Below, one piece after another: positions 11,349 to 25,300 of a stretch of 64,000 nt of DNA (position 1 is the stretch's first letter; each line of letters opens with the position of its first letter). The stretch spans positions 392,792 to 456,791 of the forward strand of contig NW_003314368.1 of NCBI RefSeq assembly GCF_000143415.4, written 5' to 3'. A model generated the notes under the pieces. The model was given only the letters and a program-made list of their open reading frames with translations. It did no database searches and was not told where the DNA came from. The DNA comes from Selaginella moellendorffii. Its lineage: Eukaryota; Plantae; Lycopodiophyta. A program made the position numbers and the translations under genes.

Positions 11349-12731
11349 CAATCCATAAGGTTTGGCCTATGGTTTTCAGTCACTGATTTTCTCTTTTACT
11401 TGAAAACTGTAAGAACGGGAGATATGAACAAAAGCAATCAGATTTTTTAGACAAATGTAAGCAGATACAAAATTTGTTTGCTTTTTCCTCCCGTACTTCT
11501 ATTTTTCAAAGAGTAAACGACGTTCTTAACGTTGTCACGCTGATTTTGTATTATCTACTCTGTCTCTTGCATGAACCAATGTATATTTGCTTCTCCATAC
11601 AGAGATGCAAATTTACATTGGTTCATGCAGCAAAGACAAAACAACTATCAGAAGAAGAAGAAGAAAGAAAATGAAAGTCACTTGGGATAATGTATAACCA
11701 TGTTTGCTTGCATCCAAATTGCAAGTAATTTCTGTTCTCGTTGAGCTCAACTTGTGTGATCTTTTAACAAATGTGCCACCCCTAAGATCAACCGAGCTTA
11801 CATCAAGTTCTGTGGTTAAAACCACTCAGAATACTAACGTTTTTCCAACAATTTATGCGTCACCGCCTGGAAATCGGGCACTGCACAACTCCATTGGACA
11901 ACAGAGAATTTAGAGTACAAGTTTGTGAGAATCTTACATGTTTGCACTGAGGCGATGTGATGGAAAAGAACCTCTGCCAGATCTTATGTCCATTCTAACA
12001 GTTCGATGTCACAGTTTTCTCGAACTTTCCAGCCAAGCAGATCGGCACCAATCTTAGCTTTTAATCCTGGGTTTAACCGGCGTTTATGCCTGGCGGAATG
12101 TTCTTCCACCGTTAAACGGATATTCCTGCTGGTGGAATATGCGAATTCACGAGACACTGGGTTTTAGTAAAAGACTAGGTTCATATCGAGTCGTCCATTT
12201 CTAATCCCTCCCTCTCCTCGGCTTTGAATGCGTCGATGCGCGGCCAGGGCGAGCGAATGCGCAGCGGCGAGTGGAGTTAGGGCATTCGCAGCGAGGAGCA
12301 GCGGGCTATGAAGCTGGATTCGGCATCGCTCGATCCATGAGGTGAGTGAGGCGGCTCTGTTTGGGGGGGGGGGGGCGGGGGGATTTTGTTATTTGGAGTG
12401 GAATTCGTGGCTTCTCGGGAGGCGCGCTGTGGAAATATCGCCCTCTCAAGATCCAGCCGGGGCGCATTGATCGTGAGATCACGAAATTCGTTCATCAGTA
12501 GCATCTGGAAAGAGCTTTTCCGTATAGTTTTTTTTTTCTTTTTTTCGCTCTTACAGTGGGGGATGGGGACGTTTGCAATTTGCATGCTTTGTATGACGAG
12601 ACAAGGGATTTTATTTTTTTTATTCTCATGCTTTAGTCTGTGGTTGGTTTTGACTGGATTTCTTTATGGTTCCTCTTGCAATGACAGATATGAGAGTTTA
12701 GTAGTGGAATGCACGAGTTGAGTTGTTGAGG

Positions 12732-15300
<2,569 letters not shown>

Positions 15301-16769
15301 ACCTGAGGTAGCTATTGATTTTTGGGTATGATTCTTTTATCATCTTTTAAAATCTTTTAATGGCCTTCTAATATTTACCAACAAAAGTTGATTTTACTAA
15401 TGTATATATGTGTTGTTTTTAAATCTTTAGCATCTATTCACATTATTGGACTCATACTTTTTTTGTTGAGTTGTATGAAAAATATTATGCATACAATCAC
15501 ATTTAAATTGCTTGTGTGTATAATATTTTTGTGCTGGTTATACAATGTATACATGGGGTATGACAGCTCAGTTTATGACTTATGTCATGTGTAAATTCAA
15601 ATTGATTTTCATAGAAAATTCACCACAGTGAGATATAATGACATTATAACATCATTCATTATACAAGACAAACTGCAATCACCCATTTTCAAAACTGCTA
15701 CCTCAAACCTCTCCTAGAACTCCTTCATTGCACCAAGATCTTGAATAGCTTACAACACAGAATTAATATTATTATTTAACACTCCTGTGTTGCCATTACT
15801 AAACTTTGGTAAGGACGTTGAGGTAGAAATAGATAATAGACTTCAGACTTTGCATTGGGCACAATTTTGAAGCAAGATAACCATCCAATAGCATTCTTCT
15901 CGAAAAAGTTGAACAAGGCTCAACAGAAGTGGCTTACCCACGAAAAGGAATTGTTTGCGGTAGTCAAAATGTTCAAGGAGTGGTGACACTACCTTGGGAG
16001 ACACTTCAAGGTTTACACGAACAATGTGGCAATGAAACACTTTTTGTCACAGCCCGACTTGAGAGGGAAACAGGGTCGGTGGGCCAATGCTTTGGCTGAG
16101 TTTGATTGCGAGATTCTGTCCAAACCTGGGAAGAGCAACATTGTGGCAGATATGCTAAGTTGAAGAGTGAGCTTGAAGTTGGCGATATCCAACACGACAG
16201 CAACCTTTTAGGACGATGTATGGACAGCATATGAGAACGATGGTCTAGCACAAGAAGTGTTGCTGAGGAATATAGCGGCATGGGAAGCTCACCAGAGAGG
16301 TGAGCTGCCAACGGAGGAAAAAACGGGTTATGCGAAACGCAATGGACTCATCTATTACAAACAAACGAGGGTGTATGTTCCAAAAGGGGAACTAAGGAAG
16401 GTAGCCTTAGAAGAGTGTCATGATGGACCTCTTGTGGGGCACAGTAGAATGCCCAAGATGATGGGTTTACTCAAGAGGAAGTATCACTGACCAGATATGG
16501 CTAAAGACGTCCAAGACTATATAAAGACATGCCCAACATGTCAACAAGTCAAAGCCATGATTAAGGCGAGTGGGGGCTTGTTACAAAGCATCCCAATTCC
16601 AGATTGTCCGTGGAAATGTCTTACGATGGACTTCATCATGGAGTGTGGGGAAGGCCAAAAGAAATTATCTCAGATCAAGATAAGATCTTCACTAGTAGGT
16701 TCTGGAGAACTCTCTTAGAAAAGTATCGCACCAAGTTGAAATTCAGCACAGCCTATCACCCACAAACAG

Positions 16770-16816
16770 GTATTGGGTATTAAATCAAGTTTGATAGCAC
16801 TAACACTTCTTGACAG
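16770..16816 (+). other. GT-AG intron (47 nt) in the integrase core of element A
   Basis: CAG|GTATTG...CTAAC...GACAG|AC; removal restores HPQTDGQTERVN. Confidence 0.85.
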
Positions 16817-17234
16817 ACGGACAAACGGAAAGGGTGAATAGGCAGTTGGAGGATTATTTGCGATGCTATGTCTCAAGAGACCAGACCGATTGGTTAAGTC
16901 ATTTGGGACTTGCAGAAATGTGTTATAACAACTCACCACATTCGAGTATTAGGGTGAGTCCATGGGAAGTCATCAATGGGCGAGCTATTGAAGGTTTTGT
17001 GGAACTCGGTGTGGTTGAGTATCATGGAGAGTTACCTGCAGTGGAGGCATTCACGGCGGAAAGACTCAACATTTGGAATCTAGTGAGGAATTCCTTGGAA
17101 TGGGCTTAACAAAGGCAAACCAAGTACGCGAACCAGAAGCATCGGGATGTAGAGTTCTACGTTGGGGACAAGGTGTGGCTGAATACCTAGAACCTCAGGC
17201 TACCAAGTGGGATCAGCCGAAAGTTGACCCAAAG

Positions 17235-17286
17235 GTAAAAATGCATGTATTCCTGTAAATGAATTGATCTTGAGTTCCTTAAGCAG
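17235..17286 (+). other. GT-AG intron (52 nt) in the integrase GPY/F region of element A
   Basis: AAG|GTAAAA...TTCCTTAAGCAG|GT; removal restores KLTQRFAGPYKI. Confidence 0.85.
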
Positions 17287-17961
17287 GTTTGCGGGGCCTT
17301 ACAAGATTGAGGCACGAATTGGTAAAGTGGCTTACCGTCTCCAACTTCCTCAAGAGATAGGGAAGATGCACCTAGTGTTCCACGTGAACTTACTCAAGCC
17401 ATACTTTGAGGATCCGCTTCGCAAGGACTAAGTAAGACCTTTACCTGAGGTTATCCAAAGGGAAGAGGAATACAAAGTCGAGGTCATCCTCAATGCGCAC
17501 AAGAGCAAGCGATAAGAATGCGAGGTGAGAGAGTTCCATGTGAAGTGGAAAGGATTTCCACATTGCGAAGCAACATAGGAACCAGAGAACCTAGCGAACG
17601 CGCGAGATCTAGTGGAGGAATTTCTACAAGGCAGAACTCTATATACTTATGTAAAGTTCAATTAAAGTATCAATTTGCGAAGTTGAGCAATGGCATATGT
17701 TGGGATCCGAAGGTGCGCCGAAGGTAAGCTAATGTGAGACACAAAATCCCTAGGCCCCAAAGTGGAGCTGGAAAGGGTGCCACATGGTAGTGGCCGAAGT
17801 GAAAGCCAAACGAGCGCAACACGTTTGGACTAAAAGCTCCGACTTGAAAGGTCGAGAGCGGGAGTGGAACTCCCAACAAAGTGCTCGAGGAACAAGCACG
17901 AAGCGAGCAATAAGCGAGGCTCCAAAAAGGGACCCAAAAAGGACCAACACATAACATGTGG

Positions 17962-18495
17962 AAGAGTCCGAGGTGGAGTCTGAGGTGGAGTCCGAGACGG
18001 AGTCCGAGGTGGAGTCTGAGGTGGAGTCCGAGATGGACCGAGACGGAGTCCGAGAATGGAGTCTGAGGTGGAGTCCGAGATGGAGTCCGAGATGGAGTCT
18101 GAGGTGGAGTCCGAGATGGACTGAGACGGAGTCCGAGGTGGAGTCCGAGATGGAGTCCGAGATGGACCGAGACGGAGTCCGAGAATGGAGTCCGAGGTGG
18201 AGTCCAAAGTGGAGTCCAAGATGGAGTCCGAGATGGACCGAGACGGAGTCCGAGATGGAGTCCGAGATGGACCGAGGCGGAGTCCGAGATGGACCCGAGA
18301 TGGAATCCGAGATGGAGTCTGAGAAGGACCCGAGATGAAGTCCGAGGTCAAGACCGAGACCGAGACCGAGACCGGGACCAAGACCGAGACTGAGATAGAG
18401 GTCGAGACCGAGCCCGAGTCCGAGTCCGAGTCCGAGTCCAAGTCCGAGTCCGAGTCCGAGTCCGAGTCCGAGTCCAAGTCTGAGTTCGAGTCTGA
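17962..18495. repeat. GAGTCC/GAGATG/GAGACC-based tandem repeat inside the LARD LTR
   Basis: Visible 6/11/12-nt periodic array. Also present at about 23778-24295 and 37600-38040, and degenerate at 25715-25937. Confidence 0.95.
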
Positions 18496-21400
18496 GAGGG
18501 TGAAAGCCCAAAGCATTCGTCTCCCAGACCCTGGGGGGTTTGGTGAGCTCCAAAAGTATAGTAAGGGGGAGGACTGCAGTGGAGCCAGTTTGGCCAGGAA
18601 AGGCCAGTTTGGCCCAGGAAGGCTAGACCCAGTGTTGGGTGATGAACTGACCACTGGGAAGTCCAAGACTAGAGTGAATACGGACCGACAAGCGGGGTAG
18701 CTTGGTGAAGTGTTCAAGAGCCGGCTCTAGTTCCCCCAGGGGATCGACTGGCCGATGCTCCCAGTCCAAGTGTGGGTGGCACTACCTACTTGGATACCAG
18801 GCGTGGCTCAACGGAACCTCGCTCTAAACCCATGGCTAGAGCACCTAAAGGCGATAGGTGGGGAGAGTACCCAAGTGGCTCGCGTAAGGCCACGGTGTTC
18901 CGAAATATTGTCCCAAAGGCCCAGACTGTGGAAAGGAAGAGGAGCAGTCCTCTGGAGTAGTGACCAAGGACACAGTCGTGTGGTGAGGAAGTCCCAGAGG
19001 ACTGTGGGACTTAGTGGTCGGGCCTGTGGGCCTCAATCCAGTGGTAGTGTGGGTGAACACGGCCATGGGCAGAAAGGGACTTGGTGGGGACCAGAAAAGA
19101 GATATTGGGGAAGGCTATTCCCCACGTCTGTGGGCATCCTAAGGATGCTAAGGAGTAGATCTGGAATGATCATTCATGGACGGATGGTCCAGTCCTTGAG
19201 AGACGGGATTGTGATGCAGGTGGTGTTAGACCATCGGTATGACCAAGGTAAAGGGGCATGGCCTTAGCGTAACGGGCTAGTATGTCGGTGGTACCTTGGG
19301 GTGTCGGTCTTGGGACCGGATACGTGGAGCACCTGGACTAAGAGCAAGGGATGAGTGGCATGGATGCCATTCTCGGGGCTAGCAAGTCCCAAGTCTTGAA
19401 TTGGACTTAAGGAGGTTGTGAGTGAGACTCCTCCAAGTGGTCGAAGGTGTGGTTAAGTGACTAAAGTAGAATGGAAAAATTAGTCGCTTACAACTTGGTA
19501 TCGGAGCTGTTCCTTAGTCTGACTTTTATTGGTCCTCAAGTATATCACCATTGATGTTGGCATTGGAAGGTCCTAGGAGTGGGCCTATCCTTGAGGAGTA
19601 GCATGTCGAGAGGACATGGCTCTCCACTCAAGTTCATGCGTGAACTTGGGCACGATGTGGTGGATAGAAAAGGGCCAATAATAGAACGACTTTGGGATCT
19701 TGGGAACAGTATAAAGTTTCCTTAGAGAGTTGAGGATGTGATCCAGATGAGCATTTGACGCAACAAACGGGCTAACATAGTTGTGGTAAACAACTATAAT
19801 TGGGATCATGGGAAAGATGTAGACTCCAAAGCAATAAAAGAGTCACAAGATTATCCTTATATAGTCGAGGTTGGTGCTAATGAATGTGAGACCAGAAGTA
19901 ATTACTATGGGAGGTCAAATACGGAAGAGGGCTCAAGTCCTTGAAATGGTAGCCGGGGCTACCTTTAATAAATGCTAGAAAAACCCAAGGAGTTGAGGGG
20001 TGTACTTAGAGATGAGTTGGTATTCTCATTACATGGACAAGTAGTTCAAAGGGGCAAAGGTTGCCCCAGAGAACAAAATCAAGTGTCAGAGTAACACTTG
20101 TGAAAATAGTCCTTGTGAGTGAGGACATGAATGCAAGAAGTGTATTCCAGTGAGCTAGTGCCCGACAAGTAGGACCTTACGGGTTTATGGATTAACCAAG
20201 TCCAAAACTGCTGGGTGACTCAAGTAGAGTCAAGGAATGGTCGTAAAGGACTAATAGAAGCATTTGGACTGAAGTGTGTGGTACCCCACGAAGGATGGGG
20301 GGGATCATAAGATCCAAGGATGAGAACAGAGGGTATCTCATCGATGGCAAAATGTGCCATGCTTAAAGTCGTGGGAAGGGTGTTCCCAAAAAAAAACAAC
20401 TTTGAAACAAAATTGTGTGTGACTTCTATGGTGCAGTGCTAACGGATGGTTAGCATGAAAAAGAGTGGTATTGGTCTTGGCAAAGACTTAGACACAAATA
20501 AGAAGTGTCATAGAGGTAGGCTCGTGGAGCCGATGGTGTGGAGACACCAAATGTGCCAAGGTGTGATACCTTGAGGCTATGTTGGTGGGTTCATGAGAAC
20601 GCCTTGCCAAAAGAATCCCAATGGAAATGGGAATGGCATACCCTAAGTTGCAGAGCATGCAGTTGGAGTGTGGTGACCCAGATAATGATAGAGGTGTGGA
20701 AGCACTAGCAATGAGTTGTAGAACTTGACAACTATGAGGCAACTAATCAAGAGGTGCAAAATAATTGGTTAAACGGGTAGAAGGTAGCTACCCAAGCCTT
20801 CTTAATGGCATAAGGAAGTTGGATATACCCTTACAGGGGATAAGTTGCTTATGTTGCGATATAGTAAGTCAATGTCATGAAAGGAAATACTCATTGTAAA
20901 AAAAGCCGTCATTGGGACACCCGAACACTCTAGAACACCAGGAGGTGGTGTTTGATGTCGCGAGGGCAATAGATAAAGCCCAAAGGACTAAGTCCCTAGC
21001 GAATGATGGATAGAAGGTGCTATCCAAATGTCCAAAGTGGCGGAGACAGGAGAAGACTGTCTACTCGAATTGGACAAAGCCAAAAATGGAATTTTGGCAA
21101 GGCTAGCGATGGGCATGTAAAGGCCCATAAGCAACAATGTAATTTCGGTGTGTGGGATTATAGGGTGAGCATACTTGGATTAAGGAACCACTCCCTAGGC
21201 TATCAGGTAGGTTCATCCCTAAGAATACTTGCTAAGGCATGATAGAAAGTGCAAAGCTATCCTCCTGGTCTGGAGGAGAATGACCAAAGGAAAAGTGTGA
21301 AGCCAAAAGCAAGAAGTAAGGGGTAGAACCAAACCATAGGAATCAAAGGGCATAACCAAGGTTGGTTATGCCAGTTGGGAGTGGAGAATCAAGTGGGGGC

Positions 21401-21974
21401 TCGAGGGTGTTGCCGCTAGCAACCGTGATGCCATGGAGAGTCTAAAATATGGAATTGTCCATGTTAGACTATATAGTAATTGGAAAGCTTGCAAAAAAGG
21501 AGGCCTTAGCAAGCTAAGGGACAGAGTTCCTTCAAGGTTCCCAAAGATGATTCTAGGTAGCTTAGTACCTAGAAAGGCCAAGCGTAAATGGTTCAAAGCA
21601 CGCGCAAAGTCAGAGTGGCGCAGCAGAAGCGTGGTCTTGAAGCTTGCCATGAGGCAAGGCTATCAAGGTTAGAGAAGTAGTTCCCGAGTGTTCAAAAAGA
21701 GGGCTTTGAACGAAAGTCGATGATCAAGGGTTTTCACGCTTGTGCAGGAACCATGTTACAGTGGTCGGAGGACTTGCCAAAGCGAGATTGGCAAGTTAGG
21801 GGAACAAATACCCTAGTTGAAGGTGATAACTTCAAAAAGGGTGGGCCATGGGGCCAAGCATGGAGGAGTCCATGCATGATCACAGACTTGTCAAGTGAGA
21901 GGACTTGGCAGTGTGGAGGAACTAGGTTCTTAAGTTGTGATCTATAGCGCGCTTTGAGTATAAGTTAGTGCACC

Positions 21975-22385
21975 GGCGTGGGGAGTCACGCTAGGCATCC
22001 TAGGTGATGCCGTCCGTAGATGCATATACGGAGGTTGGGTTCGAGTCCCGACCCTCTAGTGCTTGGGTTCGAGTCCCAACTCACTAGGGCGTGGTGATGG
22101 TTTGGAATATGAGGACACTCATTTTTCAGTGGTCATGGACTCTCAGTGTGGAGACTGGTTTGGGCACACCGCCAAGCGAGGGATGCCTCGGAGTCGTGAT
22201 GCACGGTTAGATTGCTTAATGTGGCTCAGCATATCTAACTTGAACACTTTGGTGCTAGTGGCACCAAGGACGTGGTGAATGAGATGGGGACAGCCAGTCT
22301 CAGTTGCTATGGACCCTTGGCCAGAAGGGCTGGCTTGGGCGCACCGCCAAGTGTGGGGGATGCCCCCGAGGTCGTAGTTAACAAG
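21975..22385 (+). other. Putative structured cis-RNA element in the LARD interior, homologous to 25323-25565
   Basis: Series of hairpins including two GGGTTCGAGTCCC T-arm/B-box hairpins; stems covary with the element A copy. Confidence 0.6.
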
Positions 22386-25300
22386 TTAAAGGTCTAGAAG
22401 ACCTAGTACCTATTGGCAAATCTGTTAAGGTGCCGAGGTGAGATCACTAGGTGATCTTGTGGCTAAATAAGGACAAGGTCCTTGTTTGGGCTAAGGAATA
22501 AGGTTCCTAGTTCAAAGTGTTGATTTGAACTATTGATGATGGTGTGGCTTGGTCAAGGTGACCAAGTGGGAAAAGCCCCTTAGGGAAATGAGCTATGTCA
22601 TTGCGATGGCATAGTGTGTCCAAGGAAAGTAGTCTCTAAAGAGACCCATGGGAGGGTCACAAAGTTGGGCCTTGGATAGAGCCCACAGCAGAAGATGCTA
22701 AAGAGACTTACTAGGGGTGAGCACCCTAGTCTTGGAAAAGCAGAGCCTTTGCTATGGAATCAAAAGAATATCTCAAGGAGGGAGGCAGAGATTCGGTGTT
22801 GCTTGGTGCAACAATCAACGGATAGGAGCAAAAGATGAGTGGCCAAGATAGGGCCGTGGAATCCCTTGGAAGGAATCCAAGTGACAAAGTTAGGCGAGAA
22901 ACAATAATGTATTGGACGCTAACAAATTGCGGGAAAGGAAGTGTGTTTCCAAGGATGGATTCCGAATTGCTCCGATTTGGCGAAAGTGGAAGCTCCAAGG
23001 GAGGGAGCGGTAAGGTAGCCAAATGATGGGGCCATGGACAGCCCTAGCACAAAGTATGATAAATGGAACTTAGTGCCCAAGGTGGCACGAAATAGAAGAG
23101 AGGATGATGGTGCCCTCAAGTAAAGAACTTCCTAGGATGGGAAGTGGAGTTGCACAATAGGTGCAATGCAAGGTGTCGGAAACACCTAGGAAATTGACTC
23201 CAAAAAGTCAAGAGTAAACGTTCCAAAGTGCAAAGGTAAATCAATGGAATCTGTGACTACTCAAGAATGAGTAGTGGAATTGAGTTAGAGAGGGTGTCTC
23301 TAACGGGTTTAGCAAGAACTAAACTAATAAAAAAGAGCAAACCACCCTAGGTGGTCAAGTGAGTCTCTAAGTTGGAGAGACTATCCTCCTTAGAGGATGG
23401 AGAAGGCATGGTGAACCTTCAATGTCAAACCATTGACAAATATTGGCTAGGGGCCAAGGATGGAAATGGTAACACATGCGGGTGTTACTTTATAAAATGG
23501 TTTACCGTTCGATGAGGACATCGAACTTCGTCTATGGGTGGTGGAGTTGTGAGACACAAAATCCCTAGGCCCCAAAGTGGAACTGGAAAGGGTGCCACGT
23601 GGTAGTGGCCGAAGTGAAAGCCAAACGAGCGTAACACGTTTGGACTAAAAGCTCTGACTTGAAAGGTCAAGAGCGGGAGTGGAACTCCCAACAAAGTGCT
23701 CGAGGAACAAGCACGAAGCGAGCAATAAGCGAGGCTCCAAAAAGGGACCCAAAAAAGACCAACACATGACACGTGGAAGAGTTTGAGGTGGAGTCTGAGA
23801 TGGAGTCCGAGATGGACCGAGACGGAGTCCGAGGTGGAGTCTGAGGTGGAGTCCGAGATGGACCGAGACGGAGTCCGAGGTGGAGTCCGAGATGGAGTCC
23901 GAGAATGGAGTCTGAGGTGGAGTCCAAAGTGGAGTCCGAGATGGAGTCCAAGGTGGAGTCCGAGATGGACTGAGACGGAGTCCGAGGTGGAGTCCGAGAT
24001 GGAGTCCGAGAATGGAGTCCGAGGTGGAGTCCAAAGTGGAGTCCGAGATGGAGTCTGAGATGGACCGAGGCGGAGTCCAAGATGGAGTCCGAGATGGACC
24101 CGAGATGGAGTCCGAGAAGGACCCGAGATGAAGTCCAAGGTCGAGACCGAGACTGGGACCAAGACCGAGACCGAGACCGGGACCGAGACCGAGACCGAGA
24201 CCGGGACCCAGACCGAGACCGAGCCCGAGTCCGAGTCCGAGTTTGAGTCCGAGTCCGAGTCCGAGTCCGAGTCCGAGTTCGAGTTCGAGTCTGAGAGCGT
24301 GAAAGCCCAAAGCATTCGTCTCCCAGACCCTGGGGGGTTTGGTGAGCTCCAAAAGTATAGTAAGGGGGAGGACTGCAGTGGAGCCAGTTTGGCCAGGAAA
24401 GGCCAGTTTGGCCCAGGAAGGCCAGACCCAGTGTTGGGTGATGAACTGACCACTAGGAAGTCCAAGACTAGAGTGAATACGGACCGACAAGCGGGGTAGC
24501 TTGGTGAAGTGTTCAAGAGCCGGCTCTAGTTCCCCCGGGGGATCGACTGGCCGATGCTCCCAGTCCAAGTGTGGGTGGCACTACCTACTTGGATACTAGG
24601 CGTGGCTCAACGGAACCTCGCTCTAAGCCCATGGCTAGAGCACCTAAAGGCGATAGGTGGGGAGAGTACCCAGGTGGCTCGCGTAAGGCCACGGTGTTCC
24701 GAAATATTGTCCCAAAGGCCCAGACTGTGGAAAGGAAGAGGAGCAGTCCTCTGGAGTAGTGACCAAGGACACAGTCGTGTGGTGAGGAAGTCCCAGAGGA
24801 CTGTGGGACTTAGTGGTCGGGCCTGTGGGCCTCAATCCAGTGGTAGTGTGGGTGAATATGGCCATGGGCAGAAAGGGACTTGGTGGGGATCAGAAAAGAG
24901 ATATTGGGGAAGGCTATTCCCCACGTCTGTGGGCATCCTAAGGATGCTAAGGAGTAGATCTGGAATGATCACTCATGGACGGATGGTCTAGTCCTTGAGA
25001 GACGGGATTGTGATGCAGGTGGTGTTAGACCATCGATATGACCAAGGTAAAGGGGCATGGCCTTAGCGTAACGGGCTAGTATGTCGGTGGTACCTTGGGG
25101 TGTCGGTCTTGGGACCGGACACGTGGAGCACTTGGACTAAGAGCAAGGGATGATGGGCATGGATGCCATTCTCGGGGCTAGCAAGTCCCAAGTCTTGAAT
25201 TGGACTTAAGGAGGTTGTGAGTGAGACTCCTCCAAGTGGTCGAAGGTGTGGTTAAGTGATTAAAGTAGAATGGAAAAATTAGTCGCTTACAGCTAATTAG

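Larger units (their letters stand above)
17733..25291 (+). mobile_element. Complete non-autonomous LTR element (LARD): LTRs 17733-19492 and 23548-25291, non-coding ~4 kb interior
   Basis: TG...CA LTRs nearly identical outside a repeat tract; TSD GCTAA (17728-17732 and 25292-25296); tRNA-iMet PBS TGGTATCGGAGC at 19496-19507; PPT before 23548; no gag/pol motif recognised inside. Confidence 0.92.

Noticed and set aside
16257-17630. Intron-containing integrase as a Ginger/GingerRoot DNA transposon or domesticated gene
   Set aside because: It is contiguous with RNase H, PPT and LTR, no TIRs were seen, and the frame is decayed.
17724-17732. Third intron donor AAG|GTAAGC after the chromodomain
   Set aside because: After removing the LARD the nearest acceptors give only 27-36 nt, and there is no coding frame to test against.
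17962-18495. Possible CRISPR-like array
   Set aside because: No unique spacers, eukaryotic LTR context and no cas genes.
17750-18717. Ser/Asp-, Glu/Ser- and Leu/Gly-repeat ORFs (also at 23485-24568 and 37539-38282)
   Set aside because: By-products of the stop-poor LTR tandem array; frames differ among copies.
17733-19492. Retrozyme (hammerhead ribozyme in the LTR)
   Set aside because: No CTGATGA...GAAA core with flanking stems was found by eye.
22030-22082. tRNA genes at the GGTTCGAGTCC sites
   Set aside because: Only T-arms; no D arm, anticodon arm or acceptor stem.
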